Shown piece after piece: positions 12,058 through 21,190 of a stretch of 64,000 nt of DNA; positions within the stretch are counted from its first letter, which is position 1; every line of letters begins with the position of its first letter. Origin of the DNA: Dehalococcoidia bacterium (GTDB taxonomy: Bacteria; Chloroflexota; Dehalococcoidia; UBA2979). The notes beneath the pieces are model-generated. The model was given only the letters and a program-made list of their open reading frames with translations, ran no database searches and was not told where the DNA came from. The stretch covers positions 1,408,001 to 1,472,000 of the forward strand of contig OZ244720.1 in NCBI GenBank assembly GCA_965219085.1, written 5' to 3'. Both the position numbers and the translations under genes were made by a program.

Positions 12058-13344
12058 ATGCCGTCAGCCGACGCCATCCGCCCCGAGATCAGCACGCTCG
12101 ACAATGGCCTGCGCATCGTCACCACCTCGATCCCGACGGCGCAGTCGGCGAGCACCGCCTTCTTCGTCGGCGTCGGCTCGCGCGGCGAGGACCGCCGCAA
12201 CAACGGCGTCTCCCACTACCTGGAGCACATGCTCTTCAAGGGCACGGAGCACCGCCCCACCGCCCCGGAGATCAGCCAGGCGATCGAGGGCGCCGGCGGC
12301 GCGCTCAACGCCTACACCAGCCGCGAGCTCACCTGCTACTGGAACAACCTCCCGTTCGAGCGCGCCGAGACCGGCATCGAGGTCGTCGCCGACATGCTCC
12401 AGCACTCGCTCCTCGCCGCTGAGGAGATCGACCGCGAGCGCACCGTCGTCCAGCAGGAGATCCGGCGCGGGCACGACACGCCCGCCGCGCGCGCGGGCGA
12501 GCTAATGGTGCAGGCCGTCTACGGCGACCAGCCCATCGGCTGGCCGGTGACCGGCTCGCTCGAAACCGTCGGCGCGCTACAGCGTGAGGACTTCACCACG
12601 CACGTCGAGCGCTTCTACACCGCCAGTAACTCCGTGCTGTCGGTCGCCGGCAACATCGAGCACGCCTGGGTCGTCGACACCGCGGCGCGTCACTTCGAGG
12701 ACCTGCGCGGCGGCGACCCGGACCCGCATGCACCGGCCGTACACGGCCCGCCCGAGGAGCGCGTGATCGTCGAGGAACGCGAGATCGAGCAGACCAACCT
12801 CGCGCTGTCCGTGCAGGCGCTGTCGCGCCGCGACCCGCAACGCTACGCGCTGGAGCTGCTGCACACCGTCCTCGGCCGCGGGATGTCCTCGCGGCTGTTC
12901 AAGGAGGTGCGCGAGCGGCGCGGGCTGGCCTACTCGGTGGGTTCGAGGATCGCGCGCCACCGCGACATCGGCATGTTCTCGGTCACCGCCGGCGTGACCG
13001 CGGACGACCAGGAAGAGGCGCTGGAGGTGATCCTCGGCGAGCTCGGCCGCGCGGCCAGCGAGCCAGTGTCCGACGAGGAGCTGCAACGCGCGCTCGACTT
13101 CGCCACCGGCACGTTCCGGCTGAGCCTGGAGACGCCGATGTCGCTCGGCCAGCGTTTCGGCGAGCAACTGCTGCAAGACGGCGAGCTCGAGTTACCCACG
13201 GACACCGTGGCGCGCATGCAAGCCGTGACCGCCGGCGACGTGCAGGCGGTCGCACAACGCGTCTTCGCCGACCGTGCGTTCGCGCTCGCGGTCGTCGGCC
13301 CGTCGGCGCCCGCCGACCGGCTCGAAGAGCTGCTCGCGGTCTGA
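12058..13344 (+). CDS. M16 family zinc peptidase (pitrilysin-like)
   Basis: GSRGE...GVSHYLEHMLFKGT (HxxEH), LNAYTSRE, GMSSRLFKEVRERRGLAYSV. Confidence 0.95.
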   Translation: MPSADAIRPEISTLDNGLRIVTTSIPTAQSASTAFFVGVGSRGEDRRNNGVSHYLEHMLFKGTEHRPTAPEISQAIEGAGGALNAYTSRELTCYWNNLPFERAETGIEVVADMLQHSLLAAEEIDRERTVVQQEIRRGHDTPAARAGELMVQAVYGDQPIGWPVTGSLETVGALQREDFTTHVERFYTASNSVLSVAGNIEHAWVVDTAARHFEDLRGGDPDPHAPAVHGPPEERVIVEEREIEQTNLALSVQALSRRDPQRYALELLHTVLGRGMSSRLFKEVRERRGLAYSVGSRIARHRDIGMFSVTAGVTADDQEEALEVILGELGRAASEPVSDEELQRALDFATGTFRLSLETPMSLGQRFGEQLLQDGELELPTDTVARMQAVTAGDVQAVAQRVFADRAFALAVVGPSAPADRLEELLAV

Positions 13345-13359
13345 GCGAGCACGCGCACG

Positions 13360-14004
13360 ATGCCCGCACCTCGCACGAACCTCATCCTGCTGCCCGGCAG
13401 CGCAGTCGCCGCGACGCGTGCCGACGCCATGACGGCAGGCGTCGAGAACATCGCCGAGGCGGTCGCGACCGGCGCCGAAGTACACATGCGCGTCGCGAAC
13501 CCCCGCGCGGAGCGGCTCCGCGAGGACCTCGAAGTGGTCGCCGGCGCGGGCTGCGCGGCGGTCCTGCTCGCCGAGACGCTCATCCCGCAGGACCTGCGCG
13601 ACGCCGACGTCGAGTTGCGCCGGCAGGAGCTGCACCACGACCTCGTACCCGGCCAGGTGGGGCTGATCCCGGAGATCGGCAGCGCCGCCGCGCTCGCGCG
13701 GCTGCCGCAACTGCTCGCCGCCGTCGACCGGCTCGTGGGCGTCTGCGTGGACCTCAAGGCGGTCGCGAAGGACCTCGGCGCGCCCGACCCGACGGCCGCG
13801 GCTGTGCAGGAGCCGCTGCTCGCGCAGATCGCCGTGATGGCGACCGCCGCCCGGCTGCCGTGGACCGTCGGGGCGATGGGCTTCACGGCGGGCCAGCGAT
13901 CCGCGCTGGCGAGGCGCGCACGGGCGCTCGGCGCGGCGGGGGTGTACGTGGCAGGTGAGGCCGAGGTCGCGGGAATGAACACGCTCTTCGCCCGCCCCGG
14001 GTAG
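13360..14004 (+). CDS. Divergent HpcH/HpaI aldolase / citrate lyase beta-like protein
   Basis: RVANP..LREDLEVV, LIPEIGSAAAL, KDLG, ARARALGAAG follow the CitE layout but the catalytic motifs are degenerate. Confidence 0.55.
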   Translation: MPAPRTNLILLPGSAVAATRADAMTAGVENIAEAVATGAEVHMRVANPRAERLREDLEVVAGAGCAAVLLAETLIPQDLRDADVELRRQELHHDLVPGQVGLIPEIGSAAALARLPQLLAAVDRLVGVCVDLKAVAKDLGAPDPTAAAVQEPLLAQIAVMATAARLPWTVGAMGFTAGQRSALARRARALGAAGVYVAGEAEVAGMNTLFARPG

Positions 14005-14014
14005 CCCTCGACGC

Positions 14015-14521
14015 CTACTCCGGCAGCCGCCCCAACCTCGTCAGCAGCCAGCGAATGTCGCGCACGATGCGGTCGTGGCCCTGCTCGAGCGTGCGGCGCG
14101 CTCGCTCGATGTAGGCGGCGTCGGCCGGGCCGAGCAGCCCGCTGCCGCGCGCCTCGGCGACCTCGTCCTCGTCCTCCCAGCGCGGGACGCCACCCTCGAC
14201 CCAGCAGTCGAGGAGCAGGTCAAGGAAGCGCACCTCGCCGTCGGTGATCTCGATCTCGCGCGCCACGTCGAAGCGCGTGACCACCTCGCGGCCGATGTCG
14301 GGTGAGCCCTCGGTGCGCACCATGTGGTAGCAGACGTACGTGCGGTCGGCCCAGTAACAGCCGTAGGAGTCGACCGGTCCCCAGCGCGACTCCGGCATGC
14401 GGTACAGCACGACAAGGGCGCCGCGCGCGCGGTACACGAGCTCCGTCTCGAAGCGCTCCTCGCGGCCGTCGAGGTGGCGCTTGACCTCGACGACCACCGG
14501 GGCTGCGTCGTCTCGCGTCAC
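14015..14521 (-). CDS. DUF402 (FomD-like) domain protein
   Basis: FLDLLLDCWV...WEDEDEVAEA motif. Confidence 0.75.
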   Translation of the reverse strand: MTRDDAAPVVVEVKRHLDGREERFETELVYRARGALVVLYRMPESRWGPVDSYGCYWADRTYVCYHMVRTEGSPDIGREVVTRFDVAREIEITDGEVRFLDLLLDCWVEGGVPRWEDEDEVAEARGSGLLGPADAAYIERARRTLEQGHDRIVRDIRWLLTRLGRLPE

Positions 14522-15219
14522 TCCAGCACCACAAGCCACGCGATCACGGGCGCCGGGCCCCCATCCGGGGAGGGATCGACGGCGACGGCCACCTCGGCGT
14601 CTCCGATGACCTGCGCCACCTCCGCCAGGTCGTTGGCGCTGGGGCTCAGGCCCGCACCCCAGTATCGCGAGCCGCTTGCGGCGTTGAGCCGCACCTCGCC
14701 ATCAGCGGTCGCGATGCTGATCCAGTGGCGCGCGCTGTCGGCGATCGTGCCGGTGATGACGCGCTGGCCCACCCATCGCACCACGCGCCCTTCGGCGTCG
14801 CCGTGTGCGGTGTGCAGCCCGTCGAACTTGTCCCGGAACACGGCGCGGAAGCCCGGCACGAGGGCCTGTGTGCAGGCCGCGCCCGGCATCGCTACCCCCA
14901 GGCATCCGTCCGACCACACGAGTGCCTCGCTCTCCGCAACATCAAAGTGGGTGACCGACCAGCCGAGCCACCCCGCCATGAGCCCGATCGCGTTGCCGAC
15001 GAGTGCTTCGAGAACCTCGGGAGAGGGTGCACCCTCCGCCGACGGTGCCGGAGTCGCCGTGTCCCCGGCAGGGGCGGCGGACGCATCCGGCGTTGGGGAC
15101 GCCGATACCGTGGGCGTTTCGCCGAGCGGGCTGCGCGGCGGCGGCTCGTCGTTCTGGGTGCAGGCCGCGACGGCCACGATCGCGAGGGCTGCGACAGCAA
15201 GCTGGACGGCTCTGATCAT
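14518..15219 (-). CDS. Hypothetical lipoprotein
   Basis: Signal peptide with VAAC lipobox, P/T/S linker, WSDGCLG...ACTQALVPG motif. Confidence 0.65.
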   Translation of the reverse strand: MIRAVQLAVAALAIVAVAACTQNDEPPPRSPLGETPTVSASPTPDASAAPAGDTATPAPSAEGAPSPEVLEALVGNAIGLMAGWLGWSVTHFDVAESEALVWSDGCLGVAMPGAACTQALVPGFRAVFRDKFDGLHTAHGDAEGRVVRWVGQRVITGTIADSARHWISIATADGEVRLNAASGSRYWGAGLSPSANDLAEVAQVIGDAEVAVAVDPSPDGGPAPVIAWLVVLE

Positions 15220-15378
15220 GCGAGCAGGCATCGTGCTCCCCCGGGGCAGCCGAGGCTTCATCGCCCCGGTAACGTCGCGGGAGAACAAGCGCGCGACCTG
15301 CGGTATCATGTCCTGGGCTCCCACGCTCCGAACGTACAGCATGAGCGCCCGCGGGCGCGCGACCCGAGGTGCCTAGAC

Positions 15379-16695
15379 GTGCCTGCCACGGTGATCATCG
15401 GCGGACAGTGGGGCGACGAGGGCAAGGGCCGCGTCGTCGATTTCCTGTCGCGCAGTTGCTCCGTCATCGCCCGCTATTCAGCCGGCAACAACGCGGGTCA
15501 CACGATCGTGAACGACCTCGGGCGCTTCGGTCTGCACCTCGTGCCTGCCGGCATCTTCAACCCGGACACCACCTGCATCGTCGGCAACGGCGTCGTCATC
15601 AACCCGCGCTCGCTGCTCGACGAACTCGCGATGCTCACCGCGCGCGGCGTCGACACCTCGCGCGTGCGCGTCAGCGACCGTGCGCACATCGTCATGCCGT
15701 GGCACCTCGCCATCGACGAGCTCGACGAGAAGATGCGCGGCGAGCACGCCATCGGCACCACCGGCACGGGCACCGGCCCGGCCTTCACCGACAAGACGGG
15801 CCGCCTCGGCGTGCGCATGATCGACCTCGTGCAGCCCGAGTCGCTCGAGGCGCTGCTGAGCTTCGTGCTGCCCTACAAGAACCGCATCATCACCGAGCTG
15901 TACGGCGGCGAGGCGCTCGACCACGAGCAGATCCGCGACGAGTACCGCGACTACGGACGGCAGCTGCGGCCATACGTCGCCGACACCTCGCGGCTCGTGC
16001 AGGACGCGCACGACCGCGGCGAGCAGATCCTGCTCGAGGGCGCGCAGGGCACGCTGCTGGACCTCGACAACGGCACCTACCCCTACGTCACCTCCTCGGT
16101 GCCGTCGTCGATGGCGGCCGGGGCGTGTCTCGGCGTCGGCCTCGGACCGACGGCGGTGGACCGCGTGGTGGGCGTGTACAAGGCGTACCAGACGCGCGTC
16201 GGCGACGGCCCCTTCCCGACCGAGCTGTTCGGCGAGGAGGCGGCCGCGCTGCGCGACCACGGCATCGCCCAGGGCACGGGCGAGTACGGCACCACCACCG
16301 GGCGGCCGCGCCGTTGCGGCTGGTTCGACGGCGTGCTCGCGCGCCAGACGGCGAAGCTCAACGGCGTCAACTCGATCGCTCTCACGCGCCTCGATGTGCT
16401 CGCGCAGTTCGACGCGGTGCACGTCTGCGTGGCCTACGAACTCAACGGCAAGCGCATCGACTCGCTGCCCGCCTCGCTGCGCGAGGCGAACGCCGTCCGC
16501 CCCGTCTACGAGGAGTTGCCGGGCTGGCGCATGGAGGTCTCCGACGTGCGCCACTTCCCCGACCTGCCGCCGGAAGCGCGGGCCTTCGTGCGTCGCATCG
16601 AGGATCTCGTCGACGCACCGGTCGACATGATCTCGGTCGGGCCGGCACGCGAGCAGGCGATCGTGACACGCGACATCTTCGGCGGGCCGCTCTAG
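15379..16695 (+). CDS. purA: Adenylosuccinate synthetase
   Basis: GGQWGDEGKG, NNAGHT, LEGAQG, GTYPYVTSS, TTTGRPRRCGWFD; GTG start 15379. Confidence 0.98.
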   Translation: MPATVIIGGQWGDEGKGRVVDFLSRSCSVIARYSAGNNAGHTIVNDLGRFGLHLVPAGIFNPDTTCIVGNGVVINPRSLLDELAMLTARGVDTSRVRVSDRAHIVMPWHLAIDELDEKMRGEHAIGTTGTGTGPAFTDKTGRLGVRMIDLVQPESLEALLSFVLPYKNRIITELYGGEALDHEQIRDEYRDYGRQLRPYVADTSRLVQDAHDRGEQILLEGAQGTLLDLDNGTYPYVTSSVPSSMAAGACLGVGLGPTAVDRVVGVYKAYQTRVGDGPFPTELFGEEAAALRDHGIAQGTGEYGTTTGRPRRCGWFDGVLARQTAKLNGVNSIALTRLDVLAQFDAVHVCVAYELNGKRIDSLPASLREANAVRPVYEELPGWRMEVSDVRHFPDLPPEARAFVRRIEDLVDAPVDMISVGPAREQAIVTRDIFGGPL

Positions 16696-16742
16696 GCCGA
16701 CGCAGGCCGACGCCCGCGGGCACATCGGAACGGGAGCGAGTC

Positions 16743-17264
16743 GTGGAGCATTTACTGCCCGGGCTGCACGTGCTGTTTGCGTCGCTGCTCGTGGGCGGCG
16801 AGGTACTGCTGTTCTTCGCGGTCGTGCCCTCCACCTGGCTGATCGGCGACGAGGGACTGCGCCGCCAGGTCACGCTCGTCGTCGCACGGCGCTTCAGCGG
16901 GATCGTGGGCGTCTCGCTCACGGGGCTGCTGCTGACCGGCCTGGCGATGTTCTACACGGACATCTACGTGCCGCCCGGCATCCGCGAGGACATCATGGAC
17001 TTCCACTTCGGGCGCGTCTTCGTGACGAAGATGACGCTGTTCGTGGTCCTCGTGGCGATGATCGCCATCCACGGCGTGGTCTTCGGGCGTCGCATCGCCC
17101 GCATCTCCGACGCCGTCGAGGCGGGCGAGATGGACGCGGGCGAGCTGGAGCAGGCGCGCCGCAACTCGTTCCTGTTCTCGGCATTCATGGTGCTGGTGGC
17201 GATCGTGCTGCTCTTCCTGGGGGCGGCCCTGGGCGACCACGCCTACTCGCACGACCCGATCTAG
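16743..17264 (+). CDS. CopD/DUF4149-like membrane protein
   Basis: LHVLFASLLVGG, four TM helices, K..L..V..IHG..FG. Confidence 0.65.
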   Translation: MEHLLPGLHVLFASLLVGGEVLLFFAVVPSTWLIGDEGLRRQVTLVVARRFSGIVGVSLTGLLLTGLAMFYTDIYVPPGIREDIMDFHFGRVFVTKMTLFVVLVAMIAIHGVVFGRRIARISDAVEAGEMDAGELEQARRNSFLFSAFMVLVAIVLLFLGAALGDHAYSHDPI

Positions 17265-17265
17265 C

Positions 17266-17838
17266 GTGCCGGCAGCGATCCCGGCGGACGGACCCGCAGT
17301 TGCGGGTGCGCGCGTGCGCACGCTGCCCGACCTGCTCCGCCCCGGCCTCGACCTCGTCTTCGTGGGCATCAATCCCGGCGAGCGATCGGCGCAACTCGGC
17401 CACTACTACGGACATCGCGGCAACGCCTTCTGGCGCGCGCTCTCGGAGAGCTCGCTCGTCCCGTACGAGGTCGGCCCGCGGGACGACCGCACGCTCCCCG
17501 GCTGCTGGGGCATCGGCTTCACCGACGTGGTGAAGCGCGTCGTGACCGACTCGACGCGCGTGAGCAACGCCGAGCTGCGCGCGTCGGCGCGCGCGTTCGA
17601 GCGACGCATCGCCTACGCCTCGCCGCGTGCGGTGTGCTTCACGACCACGCGCGCGTTCGACGTGCTGTTCCCGCGCGTACGCGCCTCGGGCGCGTGGGGC
17701 CGCCAGCCCGTCTGCGTCGCTGACGCCGACGTGTGGGTGATGCCCTCGACGTCGGGCCGCGCCGCTGGCTACCGCGAGGAGGGACGCCGCGTGCTGGCCG
17801 AGCTGGCGTGCGCCCTCGGACGGAGCGCGCCGCGATGA
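17266..17838 (+). CDS. mug: Mismatch-specific uracil/thymine DNA glycosylase (MUG/TDG family), copy 1
   Basis: LVFVGINPG, HYYGHRGNAFW, GIGFTDVVKR, MPSTSG. Confidence 0.9.
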   Translation: MPAAIPADGPAVAGARVRTLPDLLRPGLDLVFVGINPGERSAQLGHYYGHRGNAFWRALSESSLVPYEVGPRDDRTLPGCWGIGFTDVVKRVVTDSTRVSNAELRASARAFERRIAYASPRAVCFTTTRAFDVLFPRVRASGAWGRQPVCVADADVWVMPSTSGRAAGYREEGRRVLAELACALGRSAPR

Positions 17839-17924
17839 CCGTCGAGGGCGGCGAGAGCCGCTACGTCCCCGACGACGACTGCCCGCCAGTACGCTGCCGA
17901 CCATCGAAGGGTAACCCCGAATGA
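17835..17924 (+). pseudogene. Truncated duplicate of the 5' end of the 18448 gene (29-aa mini-ORF)
   Basis: MTVEGGESRYVPDDDCPP vs MTTDSGERRYVPDDECPL; ATGA overlaps with both mug genes. Confidence 0.75.
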
Positions 17925-18451
17925 CAGACATCCAGACGCTGGACGACCTGATGCCCCCCGGCCTTGATCTCGTGTTCGTCGGAATCAACCCACCCGAGTA
18001 CTCTGCCCAGCGCCGCCACTACTACAGCCACCCCACGAACAGATTCTGGCGCTGGCTCTCGGAGAGCACGCTCGTGGACCGCCAGGTCGGCCCGGCTGAC
18101 GACCACGTGCTGCCCGAACGCGACGGCATCGGCTTCACGGACGTGGTGAAGCGGGTCGAGACCGACTCGCGGAACGTCACTCAGGCTGAACTGCGGGCCG
18201 CCGTGCCCGATTTCAAGCAGCGCATTGCGGACGCGTCACCCCGTGCCGTGTGCTTCAACGGGAAGAAGGCGTTCGAGGCGGTGTTCCCCAGAATGTGGAC
18301 GCCCGGCGCCTGGGGCCGCCACGACGTCCCACTCGCGGGCACCATGATCTGGGTGATGCCCTCATCATCGGGCAGCGCGGGTGCTTATCACAAGGCCCCT
18401 CGCGTGTTGCGCGACCTCGCGCACGCCCTCGGACGAGGCCCGAGGCGATGA
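17921..18451 (+). CDS. mug: Mismatch-specific DNA glycosylase (MUG/TDG family), copy 2
   Basis: LVFVGINPP, HYYSHPTNRFW, GIGFTDVVKR, VCFNGKKAF, MPSSSG. Confidence 0.9.
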   Translation: MTDIQTLDDLMPPGLDLVFVGINPPEYSAQRRHYYSHPTNRFWRWLSESTLVDRQVGPADDHVLPERDGIGFTDVVKRVETDSRNVTQAELRAAVPDFKQRIADASPRAVCFNGKKAFEAVFPRMWTPGAWGRHDVPLAGTMIWVMPSSSGSAGAYHKAPRVLRDLAHALGRGPRR

Positions 18452-18969
18452 CCACCGACAGCGGCGAACGCCGCTACGTCCCCGACGACGAGTGCCCGCT
18501 GTTCAGCGAGCGGCTCGAGGAGCACCTCGTCGCAGTCACGCGCGGAGAGGCGCCGAACGCCGGCCGATTCTGCGGCCACTGCTACACCCCGCTCGGCGAG
18601 CAGACCGCGGTCTGCCCCCACTGCGCCACGGCGACCTCGGAGCGCCGGGCCGTGCGCCGCATCCCCGAAGTCATCGTCGAGATGCTGCAGGCGCAGCGCA
18701 AGACGGAGAGCCGCATCGTCAACGGGTTCGCGTACCTCGGCCTCACGCTCGCGGTGGTGGGCGGCCTCGTGCTGGTCCTCGGCGTGCCCTACCTGCGCAG
18801 CCACCTCATCTGGGCCACGATCGTCTACGCGGCCGTGCTCATCGTGGGCGGACGCGTGCTGGCGGGCGTCCTCGGCGGCTACTACGGCGACCGCATCGCG
18901 TACGAGCGTGCGCGAGGGCGGCTGCGTGAGGAGTGGGCGGAGTGGGTGGCGGAGCGGGACGAGGGGTGA
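18448..18969 (+). CDS. Zinc-ribbon membrane protein
   Basis: FCGHC...VCPHC followed by two TM helices; ATG 18448 overlaps the mug stop. Confidence 0.75.
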   Translation: MTTDSGERRYVPDDECPLFSERLEEHLVAVTRGEAPNAGRFCGHCYTPLGEQTAVCPHCATATSERRAVRRIPEVIVEMLQAQRKTESRIVNGFAYLGLTLAVVGGLVLVLGVPYLRSHLIWATIVYAAVLIVGGRVLAGVLGGYYGDRIAYERARGRLREEWAEWVAERDEG

Positions 18970-19218
18970 GGTCAGATCGAGTGCGTCTCACCTGGACGCC
19001 CACCTGCGCGTTTGCGTGATCGCGGCGTGGGGTATGCTGGTAGGTGGCGGGACGAGAGGACGTGAAAAGAGGCCCGGAGGCCTCTTCGAGCCGACCAACT
19101 GCTGCCACAGTTTCCGGTCGGCATTCCCAGCGCGTTCAGTTCAAGCCGTACCTAGCGCATGGCTTGTTGTGGTGCGCGTCCAGCGCCCGCCTCAAGCTCA
19201 GCCGGAGGGGGCGCTCCC

Positions 19219-19767
19219 GTGGCCAACCGCTTCAGGCGCGACAAGTTCGCCGAACTCATACTCTTCATCGCCAAAGAGTCAGCAGATGACCTCAGGTTCG
19301 GAGAGGTCAAGCTGCATAAGCTATTATACTTTTCAGACTTCCGCGCTTACGCTCGCTGGGGGGAGTCCATTACCGGGGCTCGCTACATGAAGAACCGGTA
19401 CGGACCGACCGCGCGGGTACTCGTGCATGTTCTCGATGAGCTCGAGGACGAGGGACGTGCTAGCGTCGAGGAAGCTACCTACTACGGTCACCCTCAGAGG
19501 CGCGTTGTACCCAAAGACGAACCTCGCAAGAGCCTGTTCTCTGGGGATGAGCTTGAGCTCGTTCGTAACGTTATCAGCGAGTTTCGCGATGAGGATGCGG
19601 CCGCGATTAGCGACATCTCGCACGATGTCCCTGGATGGCGGCTCGCGCGCGAGTTTGAGGACATCCCTTACTTCACGGTGCTAATCGACCCCGAAGAACC
19701 GCCGTCGGAAATCAAACGGGAAGCTGCAGAGCTGGCAAAGCGCTATGGTTGGGTACCGCGGACGTAA
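19219..19767 (+). CDS. Panacea (DUF4065/SocA/GepA) domain antitoxin
   Basis: KFAELILFIA, VKLHKLLYFSDF, SITGARYMKNRYGP, ISDISHD..W...IPY. Confidence 0.88.
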   Translation: MANRFRRDKFAELILFIAKESADDLRFGEVKLHKLLYFSDFRAYARWGESITGARYMKNRYGPTARVLVHVLDELEDEGRASVEEATYYGHPQRRVVPKDEPRKSLFSGDELELVRNVISEFRDEDAAAISDISHDVPGWRLAREFEDIPYFTVLIDPEEPPSEIKREAAELAKRYGWVPRT

Positions 19768-20041
19768 CGATGATCCCCCGCCGTGGCACCTCGTTGAGAG
19801 CAGCTTCTTCTGGTACCTCGTTGAACGGGAAGGGATCGACGCGCGCGAGCTCGATGAAGCGATTGACGCCATCAAGTGGACGATCGCGCGCGACCCGACC
19901 TTCTACCCGCCGTCTGACGACGAACGGGTCAGAATCGCCCACATTCGGGCTCGCGGCTCGATCCCCGCAGGCTACGTCTACTACACAGTCCACTACGACG
20001 AGCAGACGTGCGTGCTCCAGTGGTTCCGGCTGTTCCCCTGA
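19745..20041 (+). CDS. Putative RelE/ParE-like toxin partner of Panacea
   Basis: 98 aa, overlaps the Panacea gene; LVES..F / IKWTIARDP / RVRIA / YVYYTV / VLQW layout resembles the RelE fold. Confidence 0.55.
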   Translation: MVGYRGRNDDPPPWHLVESSFFWYLVEREGIDARELDEAIDAIKWTIARDPTFYPPSDDERVRIAHIRARGSIPAGYVYYTVHYDEQTCVLQWFRLFP

Positions 20042-20046
20042 GCTAG

Positions 20047-20197
20047 CAGGCTGCTGAAAAAGTCTTCCCGGGCGGTCTCGGCCCTGAATCGGCTGATTGC
20101 GGCTCACGCGAAACCCTTTGTTTTCAAGGGGTTCTTGTAGCTCCGCAGCGCTCCAAGCGCTCCGTTTCCGCGCCTTCAGGGGTTTTTCAGCACCTTG
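20047..20197. mobile_element. MITE (non-autonomous, IS5/IS1182-like ends)
   Basis: Terminal IRs CAGGCTGCTGAAAAA / TTTTTCAGCACCTTG (13/15), CTAG on both flanks (20043-46, 20198-201), no transposase. Confidence 0.85.
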
Positions 20198-20238
20198 CTA
20201 GGTGTAGCGCCAAGTAACGGTTGCAGGCGCCGAGTCGG

Positions 20239-21138
20239 CTAGACCGCCACCGTCACGTCGATCTGGTGCTTCGCCAGCTCCTCGCGGATCGCCGCCTGCG
20301 AAGCCTCCGAGGGCGGGATCAGCGGCAGCCGCAGCGTGCCGGCGCGCACGCCCACCTCGTTCAGCGCGAACTTCACCGGGATCGGGTTCGACTCGATGAA
20401 CAGCGCGTCGACGAGCGGGAGCAGCCGCTCGTGGATCGCCTGCGCCTCGTCCAGGCGCCCCTCGGCGGCCCCGTACACCATCTCTCGGATCTGGCGGGCG
20501 ACGAGGTGTCCCGCGACGGAGATCACGCCGTAGCCGCCCATCTCGACCATCTGCTTCGTGTCGCCGTCGTTGCCCGACCACATGAGGAAGCCCTCGGGCG
20601 CGCCGTTGAGGATCGCCTCGATCTGCGCGAAGTCCCCACTCGCCTCCTTGATACCGATGATGTTCGGCGCCTCGGCCAGCCGCAGCGTCGTCTCCGCGGC
20701 CATGTTGAGCGAGGTGCGCGACGGCACGTTGTAGAGGATGCACGGCAGCGGGGTCGCCTCGGCCAGCGTCGTGAAGTGGCGGACGAGGCCTTCCTGCGGC
20801 GGCTTGTTGTAGTACGGCACGGTCAGCATCACCGCGTCCATGCCTGCCTCGACGCAGGCCCGGACCAGCGGCAGCGACTCGTTGGTGGCGTTCGTCGACG
20901 CGCCGCCCACAAGCGGCACGTCGGGGCCGACCGCCTCGCGCACGGCGCGCCAGACGGCGATCTGCTCCTCGTTCGTCAGCGAGGGCGCCTCGCCGGTCGT
21001 GCCGGTGACGACGAGCCCGTCGTTGCCGGAGGCGATGAGCGCACGCGCGAGCTCGCCCACGGCCGGGTAGTCGACGGCGCCATCGGCGTCGAAGGGTGTG
21101 ACCATGGCTGTGAGCACGCGACCGATCTCGTTGGTCAT
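20239..21138 (-). CDS. dapA: 4-hydroxy-tetrahydrodipicolinate synthase
   Basis: TAMVTPF, GTTGE, PYYNKP, LYNVPSRT, GIKEASG, ESNPIPVK. Confidence 0.96.
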   Translation of the reverse strand: MTNEIGRVLTAMVTPFDADGAVDYPAVGELARALIASGNDGLVVTGTTGEAPSLTNEEQIAVWRAVREAVGPDVPLVGGASTNATNESLPLVRACVEAGMDAVMLTVPYYNKPPQEGLVRHFTTLAEATPLPCILYNVPSRTSLNMAAETTLRLAEAPNIIGIKEASGDFAQIEAILNGAPEGFLMWSGNDGDTKQMVEMGGYGVISVAGHLVARQIREMVYGAAEGRLDEAQAIHERLLPLVDALFIESNPIPVKFALNEVGVRAGTLRLPLIPPSEASQAAIREELAKHQIDVTVAV

Positions 21139-21190
21139 GGGGGCGTCTCCCGTCGCGGCGCGCCGGGTCTGTTGCGACGGCGCGCGGTCC

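Noticed and set aside
15369-17264. 631-aa ORF read as one protein
   Set aside because: Only the part from 16743 is protein-like; the rest is an alternate frame of purA. The same applies to the extended starts of the ORFs at 6264, 14725, 38275 and 50864
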